Shown here in pieces: positions 42,701 to 54,500 of a stretch of 64,000 nt of DNA. The stretch spans positions 3,720,001-3,784,000 of the forward strand of contig CATNEN010000034.1 of assembly GCA_950097015.1 (NCBI GenBank). The letters are read 5' to 3'. Numbering within the stretch: position 1 is the first letter of the stretch; the number at the start of each line of letters is the position of its first letter. Source of the stretch: Macrostomum hystrix (taxonomy: Eukaryota; Animalia; Platyhelminthes). The notes below the pieces were generated by a model that searched no databases, had not been told where the DNA came from, and worked only from the letters and a program-made list of their open reading frames with translations. The position numbers and the translations under genes were made by a program.

Positions 42701-44304
42701 ACCGTATAATACGAACACAACAATCATGCTATCAAAAAGTTTATAATGCTTCGCAGATAAGAATTAGATAACTACTAACCTTGAGAGCGGCGGGTCTAGC
42801 AACCCGCTTCTCGCGCAGAATCAGATTCATTAGCTGCAGTCCTTCGCCGCGCAGGAATCTCTCTTTATTAGCCTTGGCTAGCAAAGCGCTGCACAGACAA
42901 TTGAACAGATTCTCCATGAGTTCGCGCTCCTCAGAATCGGCCGGATCCTGGCGTTTGTAATGGAGTAGCTGGTTTAGCAGCACGTCAACACCTTTTAGCT
43001 CTCCTAGTAGCAGTCTGTTTGGCTCCGAGCTCTGCAATAGGATGGCTAGCAGTTCGCTGGCGTACAGCTTATTGGGACTGAAGCCGCGCTTGCCGATTCG
43101 CTTTAGTAGGCAGGCTAACAGGCCCTGTTTGGCCGCCATTTGTTCCAGACAGTCTGGCCGCGCCTCGCATAGGTTCTCTATGATGCCTGTAGATTGCATG
43201 GATGACAATTACATGGTTAATTACCCGTGGGGGAGTGAACTGGTCAATTACCCGCAGGAGAGTGAACAGGTTAATTTACCCGGAGAGAAGTGAACTGGTC
43301 AGTTACCCGCAGGGGAGTGAACTGGTTAATTACCCACAAGGGAGGTAAGTGGTAAAATTAATCGCGAAATGACCAGGTTTTTTTAACCTTGGAAGAATTA
43401 TCAATGCTAATTAACCGTGAAAAATCACAAGGCTAATTAACCGTATGCCTAATGAGCACTCTAATTCTTATTAATGATAACATTATCAGCAAATTGTGAC
43501 TACACTGGAGTCAGCGCAGGTAGCAAATAAGCAAGCTAAAACTACTTTGCAAAATCTATACAAGCGTCGCTAACCAAATGAGGAATGCACGCCGTCAGCC
43601 TCCTCCTTGATCGCCTCATCCAGCCTATCCAGATTCTGCACCAGCATCATCACCAGCTGAGCGTCCATCAGTCGGCCAACTAGCTGCTCGGTATCGTCCG
43701 GATTCTCAGCCAGCACATCCGTGTCTGTCATCTCTTCCAGCAGGTCAATGACAGCGATGGATATGTCCGTATTTTCGTGCAGCACCAGCTGCAGCAGGGT
43801 GTCCAGCACAGGCAGGTCGCACAGGGTCGGATAGGCAGCTGGCACAGTAGGCAGGGTGTGCAATTCCTGTAGAGCCGAATGCAGTTCCACTTCGGACTCC
43901 ATGAATTTCTCCGGGCAATCCGAGTATTTCACGCGCAGCTCGGCATTTCTAGACGCCCGCTTGTCTAGTTGAAGCATCAGCAGGCGCATTCCAGCCACGC
44001 TGTCGGCTTTCGAAGCGCCAGCCGATTCGCCAGAGTCGCCGTCATTGTCTTCGTCGTTGTCAGCCTCGAGGGCACGCAGAACGGCATCCTTATTGAGAAC
44101 AGCCGATGCCGGCAGCCTGATGGAAGACGACACCGGCGGTCGAGACGGTAGCGGAGTGCCAGTGATGCTAGCAGAGGTGGCGGCCGCGGCCACAGCCAGA
44201 CGGGCTCGCTTTCTCTCAACGTAGCCAGCGTCGGTGTTGTCAGAGAAGCGGGTGCGCCGTTGGCCGGGAGTGGCCGGCTTGTAGGCTAGAACCTCGGTGA
44301 TGTC
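39792..44304 (-). CDS. CTNNBL1: Beta-catenin-like protein 1 (Prp19/NTC spliceosome component), 4 exons; source of the initiator ATG unresolved
   Basis: Exons (descending): 43575-44304, 42780-43186, 41829-42220, 39792-40038, in frame. Motifs: DITEVLAYKP, NAELRVKYSDCPEKFMESEVEL, HENTDISIAVIDLLEEMTD, NKLYASELLAILLQ, EERELMENLFNCLCS, FLRGEGLQLMNLILREK, GLRTIFPVFM, FIENDHAKVERLAELH, YLRRLEMGLFTLQLVD. Confidence 0.95.
40163..41538 (-). mobile_element. Non-autonomous mariner with 113-bp perfect TIRs, inserted in CTNNBL1 intron 3
   Basis: TA TSD at 40161-40162 and 41539-41540. TIRs 40163-40275 and 41426-41538 are exact reverse complements by eye. ORF 40395-41207 has HTH motifs (TVYRWVEQFESG, DLPRPGRP), WVPKLL, IVTGDETWV, then jumps from KGSDPPQ to the C-terminal RRWKKCVQSGGNYVE, so the second and third catalytic Asp regions are deleted. 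Confidence 0.95.
41541..41800. repeat. Degenerate 31-bp tandem repeat (CTGACCTGCTCAAATGTGCTCGAATTTTAGA) in CTNNBL1 intron 3, continuing at about 40085-40160 on the other side of the mariner
   Basis: Related units flank both ends of the transposon, so the mariner inserted into a pre-existing array. Confidence 0.75.
43212..43345. repeat. Degenerate 27-bp tandem repeat (GTGAACTGGTCAATTACCCGCAGGAGA) in CTNNBL1 intron 1
   Basis: About 5 imperfect copies. Confidence 0.7.
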
Positions 44305-44829
44305 CTGCAATGTGTGTATTTTTAGCATTTTCACGTTAATTCTGTCGCACGGTACTAAAAGTAGTGCGAGTTATAAGCGGACTAAGGCTAATAAGTCATG
44401 AAAAAGGTCCGTTATGTAGGGGTGTAATGCTTGGTTTACAGGTTTGGCCTTTAAGCTGTCCTTATTCCTTAGGGTTGCCTAGCTTGGTCTAGTGCAGCCC
44501 AACCGCCCTCCGATTAAAATTGGTTCTCAGAAACAACAAGAATATTAGTTTACGATAGACAGTTCTTTCTCAAAACCAGAAGAAGGCAAAAAGCAATAGC
44601 TAGCATCCAAGTTATCATCATCCAAGAAATTGAGCAACTAATTGTATATTTATTACGAATTAAATTAAACAAGCTAGAATTTTACAAATCGACAAAAAAT
44701 TAAAACACTCACACATGCGAAAAATGCGTTTCGATAAAAAATATCAGGAAAAAGTTGAAACTGAGCATAATAAATAATCTAGCGAAAGCATTAGCTTGAA
44801 ATGCGGAACTGTCATGTACAATAAATAGA

Positions 44830-46876
44830 TTACTGACTATTAACCAGCGAGTTGCACTTTAGCAGGTAGTGCAGAGCGGACTCGCTCAGCTCAGTCAGGC
44901 CGACGCGACGATCGGCGTAGCGAACTAGAGAACGCCTTGAGTAGCCAACGAAAACGGCCACGCTGCGCATGAATGCGGCCCGGTCCAGAGCCTCGTCACG
45001 ACCGAACGGTCGACAGGCACGTCCCGGCGACTGGCGAAGATCACGAAGCAGACGGGTCAGAGCTGGCCGCGGCTCCAATGATGCAAACGACTGCGTAGAA
45101 GATTCTCCGTTGGACTCACCGCTGTTGCTAGGCAACAAAAGCAAACCTAGCATTAGACTTAGCCCAGCTGATGCTAAACGATCGGCAGCTTCGATGCAGC
45201 GTCGGCGTCGACGTCGGAGTCGATCGGCTAAGACGACAACGTCAGCCGTGCGAGAAATTGCTTTGAGTTGGAAGGCGCCTGCGGCAGCTCCGGCCAGCAG
45301 AGCGGCATCGATTGGCGCCGGCGTCACAGCGATCGACAGTCGGCAATTGACGTCGCCGTCGCGGAGACCAAGCAGCAACCAGTGCAGAGTATTCAACAAC
45401 TGGCCGATGTCACCGCGGCATGCGTCGACAAGAGCGACGGCCGCATCAGCTGTGAGCAGCCGACCAAGGCCCAGGCAGAGGACGCGGGCGTAGGCGGCCA
45501 CGAGAGGCCTGGTTGGCCGGCGGAGACGAAAAATTGGTGCGGCAGCATCGGCGGCGGACAGGCAGCGGACGCCGCGGCGAAACAACTCGGCATCGGCGGC
45601 TGCCAGCAGTACAGGCTTCCGGCTGACGGCACAGACGTCGGCAATTAGACGCCGCAGATTCGGCTCATCGTCGTGTGGGTTGTCAACATCGTCTAGCAGG
45701 ATTAGCCAGGCACCGCTTACTGACAGCTGTGGAACGGCAAGAGTCTTTTTAGCCTTTGTCCCCTGCATATGATAACAGATTGTCATAGAAAAACAAGCCT
45801 GTGATTCTCACATCAGCCACATCAAGTGTATCCGTCGCTTCATCCTCCGCCACAGACGGGCTTCGCCTGTCTTTCGCTTCCTTCTCCTTGCTCTCTGATG
45901 ATTCGCGGCGTCGTTTCCGCTGTACAACCTGGCAGCAGGTAGCGGCCAGTTGCAGCCGCTGTGCTAGCTGAGGCCCGTGACGCCGCTCCTCGGCTCCAAT
46001 CTCCAGCACGCGCAAGCCGGACTGGCGAGCTATTGCGCGCGCAACGCAACTCCGGCCGGGGCCTTCAATTAGCGCCATTCGACGGCCAACAGCGTTAGCC
46101 GACGCTGTCGACATCCAATCGGCCAGCTTTCGAACAGCCTCTGCGTTGCCAAGAACGCCAGAGGCGGAGCGCGGCGCGAGTAGGTCATTGAGAGCGCGTG
46201 TTTTGAACAGGCCATCCTTTTTATTAATAGAGCAATTTAAATTAGCGCGCAACTCTGTCAGATAACGACCAGCTGGCAGGCCGGGCTGCCAGGCGCGCAG
46301 TATTGTTAACTCGTCGCGAATAACGGCTGCTGCTTCAATCTCATCGGTAGGCAGGCTGTCAAGGCGAAATCGTAGCGTGGTAGCCGAGGCATCCACTGAC
46401 ACTGGCAATGCTTCGCTGTAATCATACAGCCCAGTGTCTAAATCGATCTTATCAGGCTTGTCAGATGAAAATTCGGCAGAGTCCAGCCTCATCGACTGTT
46501 TAGGAGCCAGCCAGCCAATGTGTTGACACCAGCCAGCTGGGAAAGGCCAACTACAAGAAACATAAGATTGAGAGGCCGCACCAGTGGCTCTAGTGAACTG
46601 TGGCCGAAAATCTGCATCCAGAAATGCTCGCCGACGAACTAGAGCGTCGGCGGGTAGCTGCCGACGACTGCTGAAGCTCGGCTGACTAAGCGAGTCAAGC
46701 CATTCAAATGAGCCGCCAGGCGATGACGACGGCGCATTTAAATCTATCTCTATAAGCCCGCACGGCGCGTCAGGTGCCGAGGTGACACGCGTCAAATATT
46801 TGACAATGCCACCGCTCTGTGACGAATTTTTTACTGCAGCTAAACGTTGCCGCCGTCGACGCTGTGGCTGCTGCAT
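44830..46876 (-). CDS. ATAD5: ATAD5/ELG1-like RFC large subunit (PCNA unloader), 2 exons, about 665 aa
   Basis: Exons 45812-46876 and 44830-45762, separated by a 49-nt GT-AG intron. AAA+ RFC-like blocks: LLAPRSASGVLGNAEAVRKLADWM, LIEGPGRS (degenerate Walker A), GLRVLEIGAEERRHG...AATCCQV, LILLDDVD (Walker B), SRKPVLLAA, CRGDIGQLLNTLHW. The block order matches ATAD5 from recalled family sequences; orthology was not tested. Confidence 0.7.
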
Positions 46877-49697
46877 GCCAGCTGTAGACAAGAAGTAACC
46901 TGTATAGTTCATTCTATTTGGTCTATATTATAGAAATGACACTACCTTGAAAAGGTACACAAAAGGGAGCTTGTAGTTCAGTGGCTAGAGCTTAGAATTT
47001 CTAACTGAGTGGCTTATGTCACTTAAACCCTCCATACTGTGATGTCTCAAATCTTTAGAAACACCTTTATACACAAGTGATGTATATTGTATTTGCCTAC
47101 TTTGATCAGTCAGAATTTTATAATACCATAATATAAAGCTAATTTTCAACAATTTGAGGTGTCCAGAAACATTTTTATTAATGTAGCTCTTAATTCTGTA
47201 GCAGCTAGCCATTTTAGCACGACTAGGCTCCATGAAACTAAATTATCTACTGCCAAACAGCAGTTCCTTCTTTGGGAATGAAAAGGTGCAGTTTTGCAGA
47301 ACCAGAATCTCTAGAACCTGATGCAACAGCACCAAGGAATCATATGGTCAGTGATAGTCTTACAGTGGCAGTGACAATTAACCCCCCAGAAGGACTGAGA
47401 ACTCGAGACTTTGAAACTTTTTTTAATCCTCAATCAACTTTACCTACAATCATTACAGGTTATTAAATTGGATCTAAGTTGTTGTCCCTGATATTGATTT
47501 TTGTTAAGTGGCTAGGGCCTTTCTACCACAGAAATTTAATGTGGTAATGGACTAGCCAGTTGTTACAAGACTTAAAACTCAGTGGAGAACCTCTGAGTGC
47601 AATGGCAAGGTGGCTCTATGCTAGCAACAAGCAGCAAAAGTAGCTGGCAGAGTTAGAAGCTGCCATTGTTTCATGCTGGTTGACCTTCACAGCTACTGAA
47701 TATTGTTATCCAAAGATTTAGGGCACCCAAAAATATACCATTCAATCAGCATATTTTCATAAGCAAACATTTTCCTATTTTTAGCATTAAAAGTAATCTA
47801 GCAAGGTTATACTTTAAAATCTATATTTAAGTTAACTTCATTGTTAAGTAGTCTAGTAGTAATTAACTTTTGAGTATGTTGGAGTAGTTTTGAGATAGAG
47901 TGTAGCTATTTATGTTGATATCTAAATAATAAGGTCTAGGTCTCTTATTTATTAGGGGCCTATTCCCCTATTATATGAAATGTAATTTTTTATCTATTCT
48001 ATAATCAAAGCTACCTGTTACAAAATTGACTTGGTCTAACACTTTATATAATTAAAATAATAATTATGATTGGTATCTGTTAAAAAAAATTATGTTGGGC
48101 TAGAAATAGGCCTATCTTCAGATCTTAAAAGTAGGCAAAAAATAAGCCTATTTAGACTAAGCCACCATTACTCCAAATTATTTGCATATCTCCCAATGGA
48201 ATAAATGCTGATGCCTGTCAAACAAAATACCTTTCTTGACATTTTTGGTTTTGTATAGCAATTTTGTATTACTGTCTTTTTTCAAGATAGGCCCTAGTAT
48301 TAAATGTTTAAATGATAAATTTTTACAATGCCAATCAACTTGTATTTATCTAGAAATAAGGCACGACACATGTGTAAGTAATTTATTTTGTATAGGTAAG
48401 ATTGATTATTAAAATAACCTGACCTTATACCATATTAGGTTTAATTTAAATATTGTAAAGACATGAAAATCACACCTTGATAAATGCTGCCAATCATTGT
48501 GCAGTGCCTTAAAGCAATTAACAAGTTTATTTATTATCAGCTATGTGCATCTACTATAAAGCCTAAAGGCTTACCACCTTAATCAATTTATGTAAACAAT
48601 TAAATTGTTAACTTTCCACATCATTTTATCAAGTTAGCTGTAAATGTTAGTAAATGTAGCATTTAGGTGCAACATTTTTTGAGAATATAGGCCTAGGCTA
48701 ACTAACAATAGTTACAATAGAAATTGAGCAGTATTTATAGTTTTTTGTTTGTTAATTAACATAACTAAAATGTTATTAGGCCTACTATTAAATACTAGAT
48801 CTATTGATGATAAAATAAATATGTTAGCAAGTCACAGAACAGAGGTCGTATGGCATGCTCTAGCTTTAGCTTAGTTATAGCTCATTATTGAAATATAAAT
48901 TCTTAACTGTGACACAAGTCAAGGAGAGCATTATAGCATGGGCATGGTCATAGATTGCTAAGGCCAAGCAAAAAATGATTTTGCTAACTTAGTAGGCCTA
49001 AATTCCAATTAAATAATAAAAGTAAACAGTCACAAAACAGGCCCTAACCTAAGCATAAAGCTGTCATTTGTTTATATTATTAGTGTAATATTATTATCTT
49101 CATGCTAAAATATATAATAAAATAATAACCCAAAACACAAGTAAAATCTGTGTTAGGTAAATTTTATGGCTTGCAATTGCTCAACTAGGCCTAATACTAA
49201 GTATATAGGAAAAAATAGTTGACTTTAAATGTAACATTAATGCTAATGATCGAGAGATTCGAGACTGGATTTCACAGGCTTTAGGTAGCTATGTACCTAT
49301 TAGTTTTACTTTAGGCCTAATACAATAGTACATATATACGGTGCCTGTCTATATGTAGGCAGGCATATATTGAACAGAGTTTGCACAGACACGTCGTATT
49401 ATATTTCTCGCGTAGATTTAACAAAATGTTGATTGCTTCTGGTTTCAGACTAGACTCTGTACATACAATACAAGCTAGCGCACATTAAATTCGTAAACTC
49501 GTGAGACAATTCACTGCGGCAGTAATGATGACATGACTTGAGATAAAGAGCTTTCGAAATATGAAAGTAAATTAAATTAAATAAATAAAAAAATATTTAT
49601 TTTAACAAAGAGACGAGATTTGAAAATTCGTTTTACTTTACTTACTGCTTAGCAGTCCTGACGACTGAATAGTTCAGATTGTCAGGCATGATTGATA

Positions 49698-50919
49698 CGT
49701 ATATAACATTCACCGACAGATATTCCGCTCGATATTCCGATCGATATTTTTATATGAAACTAAATGTAGCAAAACAAATGAATCACCGTGAACTACTTGG
49801 TTGGTCGCTGGAAAAAAAAGATAAAAAGGGACAAACACTTACATTTGAAAAGAGCAAGCAGATGAATGTTCTAATTGCAATTTGAACCTCTTTACGGCAT
49901 AAATGCATTACAGAACATAATAAAAACATCCAGCTACAGTTCAGGATGATCGATGAACGCCAGGGACGATGCATCAACTGTAGGCTCAGGTCTTCAAATA
50001 ACTGTCGGGATGATTGATTAACGGTCGGGACGATGCATTAACAGTCGGGACAGGCCTTTAAATAACTGTCGGGATGATTGATTAACGGTCGGGACGATGG
50101 TCCGACAGTTAATGCATCATCCCGACAGTTAATTCATCGTCCCGACAGTAAAATCACCACCTGACCCGACAGTTATTGCAACATCCCGACAGTTAATGCA
50201 TCATCCCGACAGTTAATTCATCGTCCCGACAGTAAAATCACCACCTGACCCGACAGTTATTGCAACATCCCGACAGTTAATGCATCATCCCGACAGTTAA
50301 TTCATCGTCCCGACAGTAAAATCACCACCTGACCCGACAGTTATTGCAACATCCCGACAGTTAATGCATCATCCCGACAGTTAATTCATCGTCCCGACAG
50401 TAAAATCACCACCTGACCCGACAGTTATTGCAACATCCCGACAGTTAATGCATCATCCCGACAGTTAATTCATCGTCCCGACAGTAAAATCACCACCTGA
50501 CCCGACAGTTATTGCAACATCCCGACAGTTAATGCATCATCCCGACAGTTAATTCATCGTCCCGACAGTAAAATCACCACCTGACCCGAGAGTTATTGCA
50601 ACATCCCGACAGTTAATGCATCATCCCGACAGTTCATTCATCGTCCCGACAGTTAAATCACCACCTGACCCGAAATACATCATTCATCTGTAGCAAGAGT
50701 ATTTTATGAAATAAAATGCATTTCAACTGTTTTGTTCTGGAGAAAAAATTGTTGAAAGTGATAATTATTATTAAAAACTAAATTGAGTAAAATAAAAATA
50801 AAGAGAGTTTTTGTTTTCCTTTTTTGTTCTCTTTAGCTTTTGTTTAAGTACACTACATTATCTGTCGGAATATCGATCGGAATATCGAGCGGGATATCGA
50901 GCGGGATAAGTTACACTCG
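49698..50919. mobile_element. TA-flanked non-autonomous DNA-transposon-like element with 51-bp imperfect TIRs and an internal higher-order repeat
   Basis: 49698-49748 and the reverse complement of 50869-50919 align ungapped at 40/51, with the inner 21 nt identical. TA lies at 49696-49697 and 50920-50921. No transposase ORF. Confidence 0.65.
50103..50675. repeat. 84-bp higher-order repeat built from four CGACAG-headed monomers (20, 20, 24, 20 bp)
   Basis: Period-84 starts at 50103, 50187, 50271 and onward, about 6.8 copies; the same monomer occurs inverted at about 49965-50098. Confidence 0.9.
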
Positions 50920-51547
50920 TATGATTGATAAAATAAAATCTGGCAGCGGAGTCATGGCCGAGGCAACCAAGTCCCTTAATTGGCCCTGGCCCTCGTGCAC
51001 CAGCCGACGGAGCGGAAGCGCCGAGGCCAACTGTGAAGTCAGCGAACTGTGACGCTGACTGACTGTTTTATGGCTGCCTTGCAGGTGCTGGATGTCAGCC
51101 CCCAGCTGCCTGCCCCTCCCGTCTGTTTCGGGAGCGCAAGTGCGCAAGAGGTCATTTGCTCTTGCGTATCTCTATCTATATATCTATTGAATGCTGCAGA
51201 TTGTTACTGTGGGCGCGAAATTCAGTAATGTTTGTCAGTAATGCAATATGTATATATATATATATATATTGACGAGAGTGTTCAGTATTGTTGAAGAAAG
51301 CATTCCTGAAGCTCAAAAAACACAAAAAAAAGGATTCGACATATCACAAACAAGCAAGAACGTATTGGCAAACAGGATATTAAACCCTCCCCGCCGAAAT
51401 TAGGGCACTTAACTTCGACTAGACTAACCTAAAGTCACGAATTCACAATATCTAAATCGACCCTTGCATATATTAAGCGCAATTTGCTAGCGAAAAATGA
51501 AAGAACTTTGCAACTTTAAAATAGGTCGTAAAAAGAAATTTATTGCA

Positions 51548-54500
51548 TTAGTTTATCAAGTGTTCCTGCCCATAGTACTGGTAACACGCTCTGACAGCTT
51601 CGCGTAGAGCGCTAGTGTAGCCGAGATCTCCACGCTCCCGTTCCGTTCGCCGGTCCTCTTGAATGCTAAGAAAAGGCAGCACGTCCAGCGGCCACCAGGC
51701 CGGACGTTGGTCGTTACAGCCCCAGCGAATTCGGCGACACCTTCGTCGTCTACCGCCGATATCGGAATCTTCACCGCCGCCGCCACGGTCGTTCCAGAGC
51801 CGGACTAGGCGCAGTAGCAGGCGCCGTATCGAATCGACGTCGTACTCGGCGAGGCGGGCGATTTGACCGCGTCGAATCAGTACCGGTAGTTGGACGGCAG
51901 TTTCAGCGCTGGAACGCTGCGCAGATTGACAGTCCACCAAAGGGCTCGGCTGGTCGTCCTGCAGCTGCGACACGTCTGTAACCCGACGGTGATCGCCTAT
52001 CAATAGATCAGAAGAACTCGAAGTTGCCAATCGTGGGGGCCGTTGTGGAGTCGGTTGCGGTTGTTGCTGTACGGACACTGTCGCAGGACGCGACTCAATT
52101 CTAACGATAGTATATCTGTGTGTAATTAGTGGTTGTAGTGAAAGCAATAATCAGTATTAATCTGTATTGATACGTATTAAAGTTATATTTTCTGGCGAAT
52201 TTCTAGTCAGAATTCTCTAACCTGGAAACAGCAGGTGCCGGAAGTGATAAGTTTGTTGGGGCGCGAATCCACAATGACGGCTGTCGCAACTGTGGCGCCG
52301 GTAGCTGCGTGGTTGGAGGCGGTGGAGGCGGCGGTGGCGGCAGTGGTGGTTGCACAGTTTGATCCTCCAGCGTCTCATTGTCGGTCTGCGTGCCCAGAGA
52401 TCGCCGGACTGGCTCCTGCAACATCTTTGGCTGCTTCTCCAGCTCGTGCAACTCATCGGCAAGTGCTCCGGGCAGCAGGTCAGCTGATTCGACGCCAGAT
52501 TTTCTCTTCGATTCAATCGGCGCTACCTCCGGTTGCTGGTCAGAAATGAACCCCGCTTCTGCATCAGTTTCCGGTTCCAACTGAACCGCATCAGGCACTG
52601 CGAGGAGAGGAAGTTCCAGCAGGTGCGATTGACAGTGAAATCTGTAACATCGGCGAACGACCTCGCGAAGAGCTTCGGCATGGCTGGACACGCGGTTTCG
52701 TTGCTCGTTAGTGCGCCAGTCCTGCGGAACAAATTGCGAAAAAACATTGACTAAGGCACTTAAATGATTCAAGTAAATAACCGATAAATATATTATTCTA
52801 TGCACTGAACAAACTAATTTATTACACCTGTCCTAATTGGGTCACATATGTGCAGGCGAAGCACTGCTGCACTTGTTCAGTGCATGGACTGGGGGAGGGG
52901 CGCAACAGTGCAGGTGGGCTGCGGGCAATGGCACATCATTTGGTGACACTAGACTCGCAGCCATGCAGCGTTGAGGCAATTCTGCCCATTTCGCTGACTC
53001 ATGAGCACACGCTCACCCAGGTGTGTACATCTTTCTCATCGTCAGGCAGCGTACACTTTCAAATTGCCTTGAGGTTTGGCCCTGAAGGGCGCAAATTTCA
53101 CGACAAGCCCTCAAGCCTTCTCTCCGCGGCTGCGCCCCAGATAAATGTGGCCTCGCCGCGGAATCGAGTTCCGGGACCTCAGCGGGAGAGGCAAACTCAC
53201 CGCTCTGCCACTGACTCTCTCACACCAGCATCAGGATCAGAAAAATTAACCATCTAATTTCTCTTTTGCAGTCTTCCACAGTCCTTTAAAACACTGAAAT
53301 GAGTCTCTGAAATGAAATGAAATACTTTATCGACTAATTACAACGTATAAGTATAATGAATATGCCTTTATATTTACTTAATGTTTCAACATAGTAACTT
53401 GAAAATATAACTTTCTCGTGTTGAATAAGATAGCGATAGCGGTAATATAGTTTTATTAGAAACAGGCATGTTACGACATCGATAATAAGCGTTTTAGCTC
53501 AATGCACAGTTTAATCGAGGCACCTCATGGCAATAAAGAGAAAAACTTCGAAATCTGTTGCATCGTCATGTTGAGATTCGCCATGACTGCTGCCCTGATA
53601 ATTCCTTTGAAGAATCTGTTCGGAAATCTTCGACCGATTGCTATTATGTGGCAAGCACTGGGCAAGCGAAAGTCTCCGATTTTAGAAGCAACAAACGAGC
53701 CATTGAAGTAGATTTGGCTAACAGAATCCGACCTTGACACTGCGATATCGATCCAGGTTTCGGCACTATTTGGTAGTACATTCAAAGACGTATAAAAACC
53801 GATTGGTACATTATACAACATCCTGTTAGGCTGGTCGTGCTCCCAGAAATGTGGTCCGAGCTTTGTCGAATCGCTGCAGTTAGCGGTATCAAAAAACGGC
53901 TGCACCTTGGGAAGCCTCCTCAGCCTCATTAGCCAGGTGAAACGGCCGCCGCTCACAATGTTGCCCACATCCACAGTCGACGCATACGAAGATGAGCCGT
54001 CGAATTCGGCTCCGTCCTCTGTCCACTTCACATTCTCACTGCTCAGTCGGTAGTGGCCGGCGTCAGCCTGGCACACGAGGTTGTCGAACCTGCTGTCGCC
54101 TCCGGCCAGCCACACGCCGACAAAGTGAGCAGCCAGGGACTCGGAGCAGCTCGAGAGAGACGAGACTCGGTACACAGCGCACCGACTAGCGGTTGGAGAC
54201 TCGACTGCGATAGGCTGAATGTCGCGACACACCGTCTGGTAGTGGAAGAGGCAGCAGGCAGCGGTCCGCTCACCCCACTGCGCGACCAGGTCGCCGGAAA
54301 GTGAGCTCGACCGGAACAGACAGGGGATCACACTCGGCGCCTGCCAGCAGTCGATGGCGGCGCTGCCAGTGAGGCACTGGTTGGTGAGCTTGCACCAGCG
54401 CCTTCTGCAGCCGGCTGAGACGGCAGTGAGCAGCAGGGCATACAGGTAAACAGACTTAACCGACAGCATTACAAAAGTTACTCTCAACAGAAGACAGTGA

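Noticed and set aside
44969-45648. Plus-strand ORFs overlapping GC-rich exons (also 21048-22306, 29086-30565, 52235-52584, 55110-55747)
   Set aside because: These are antisense shadows of GC-rich coding exons with no independent motifs or splice support.
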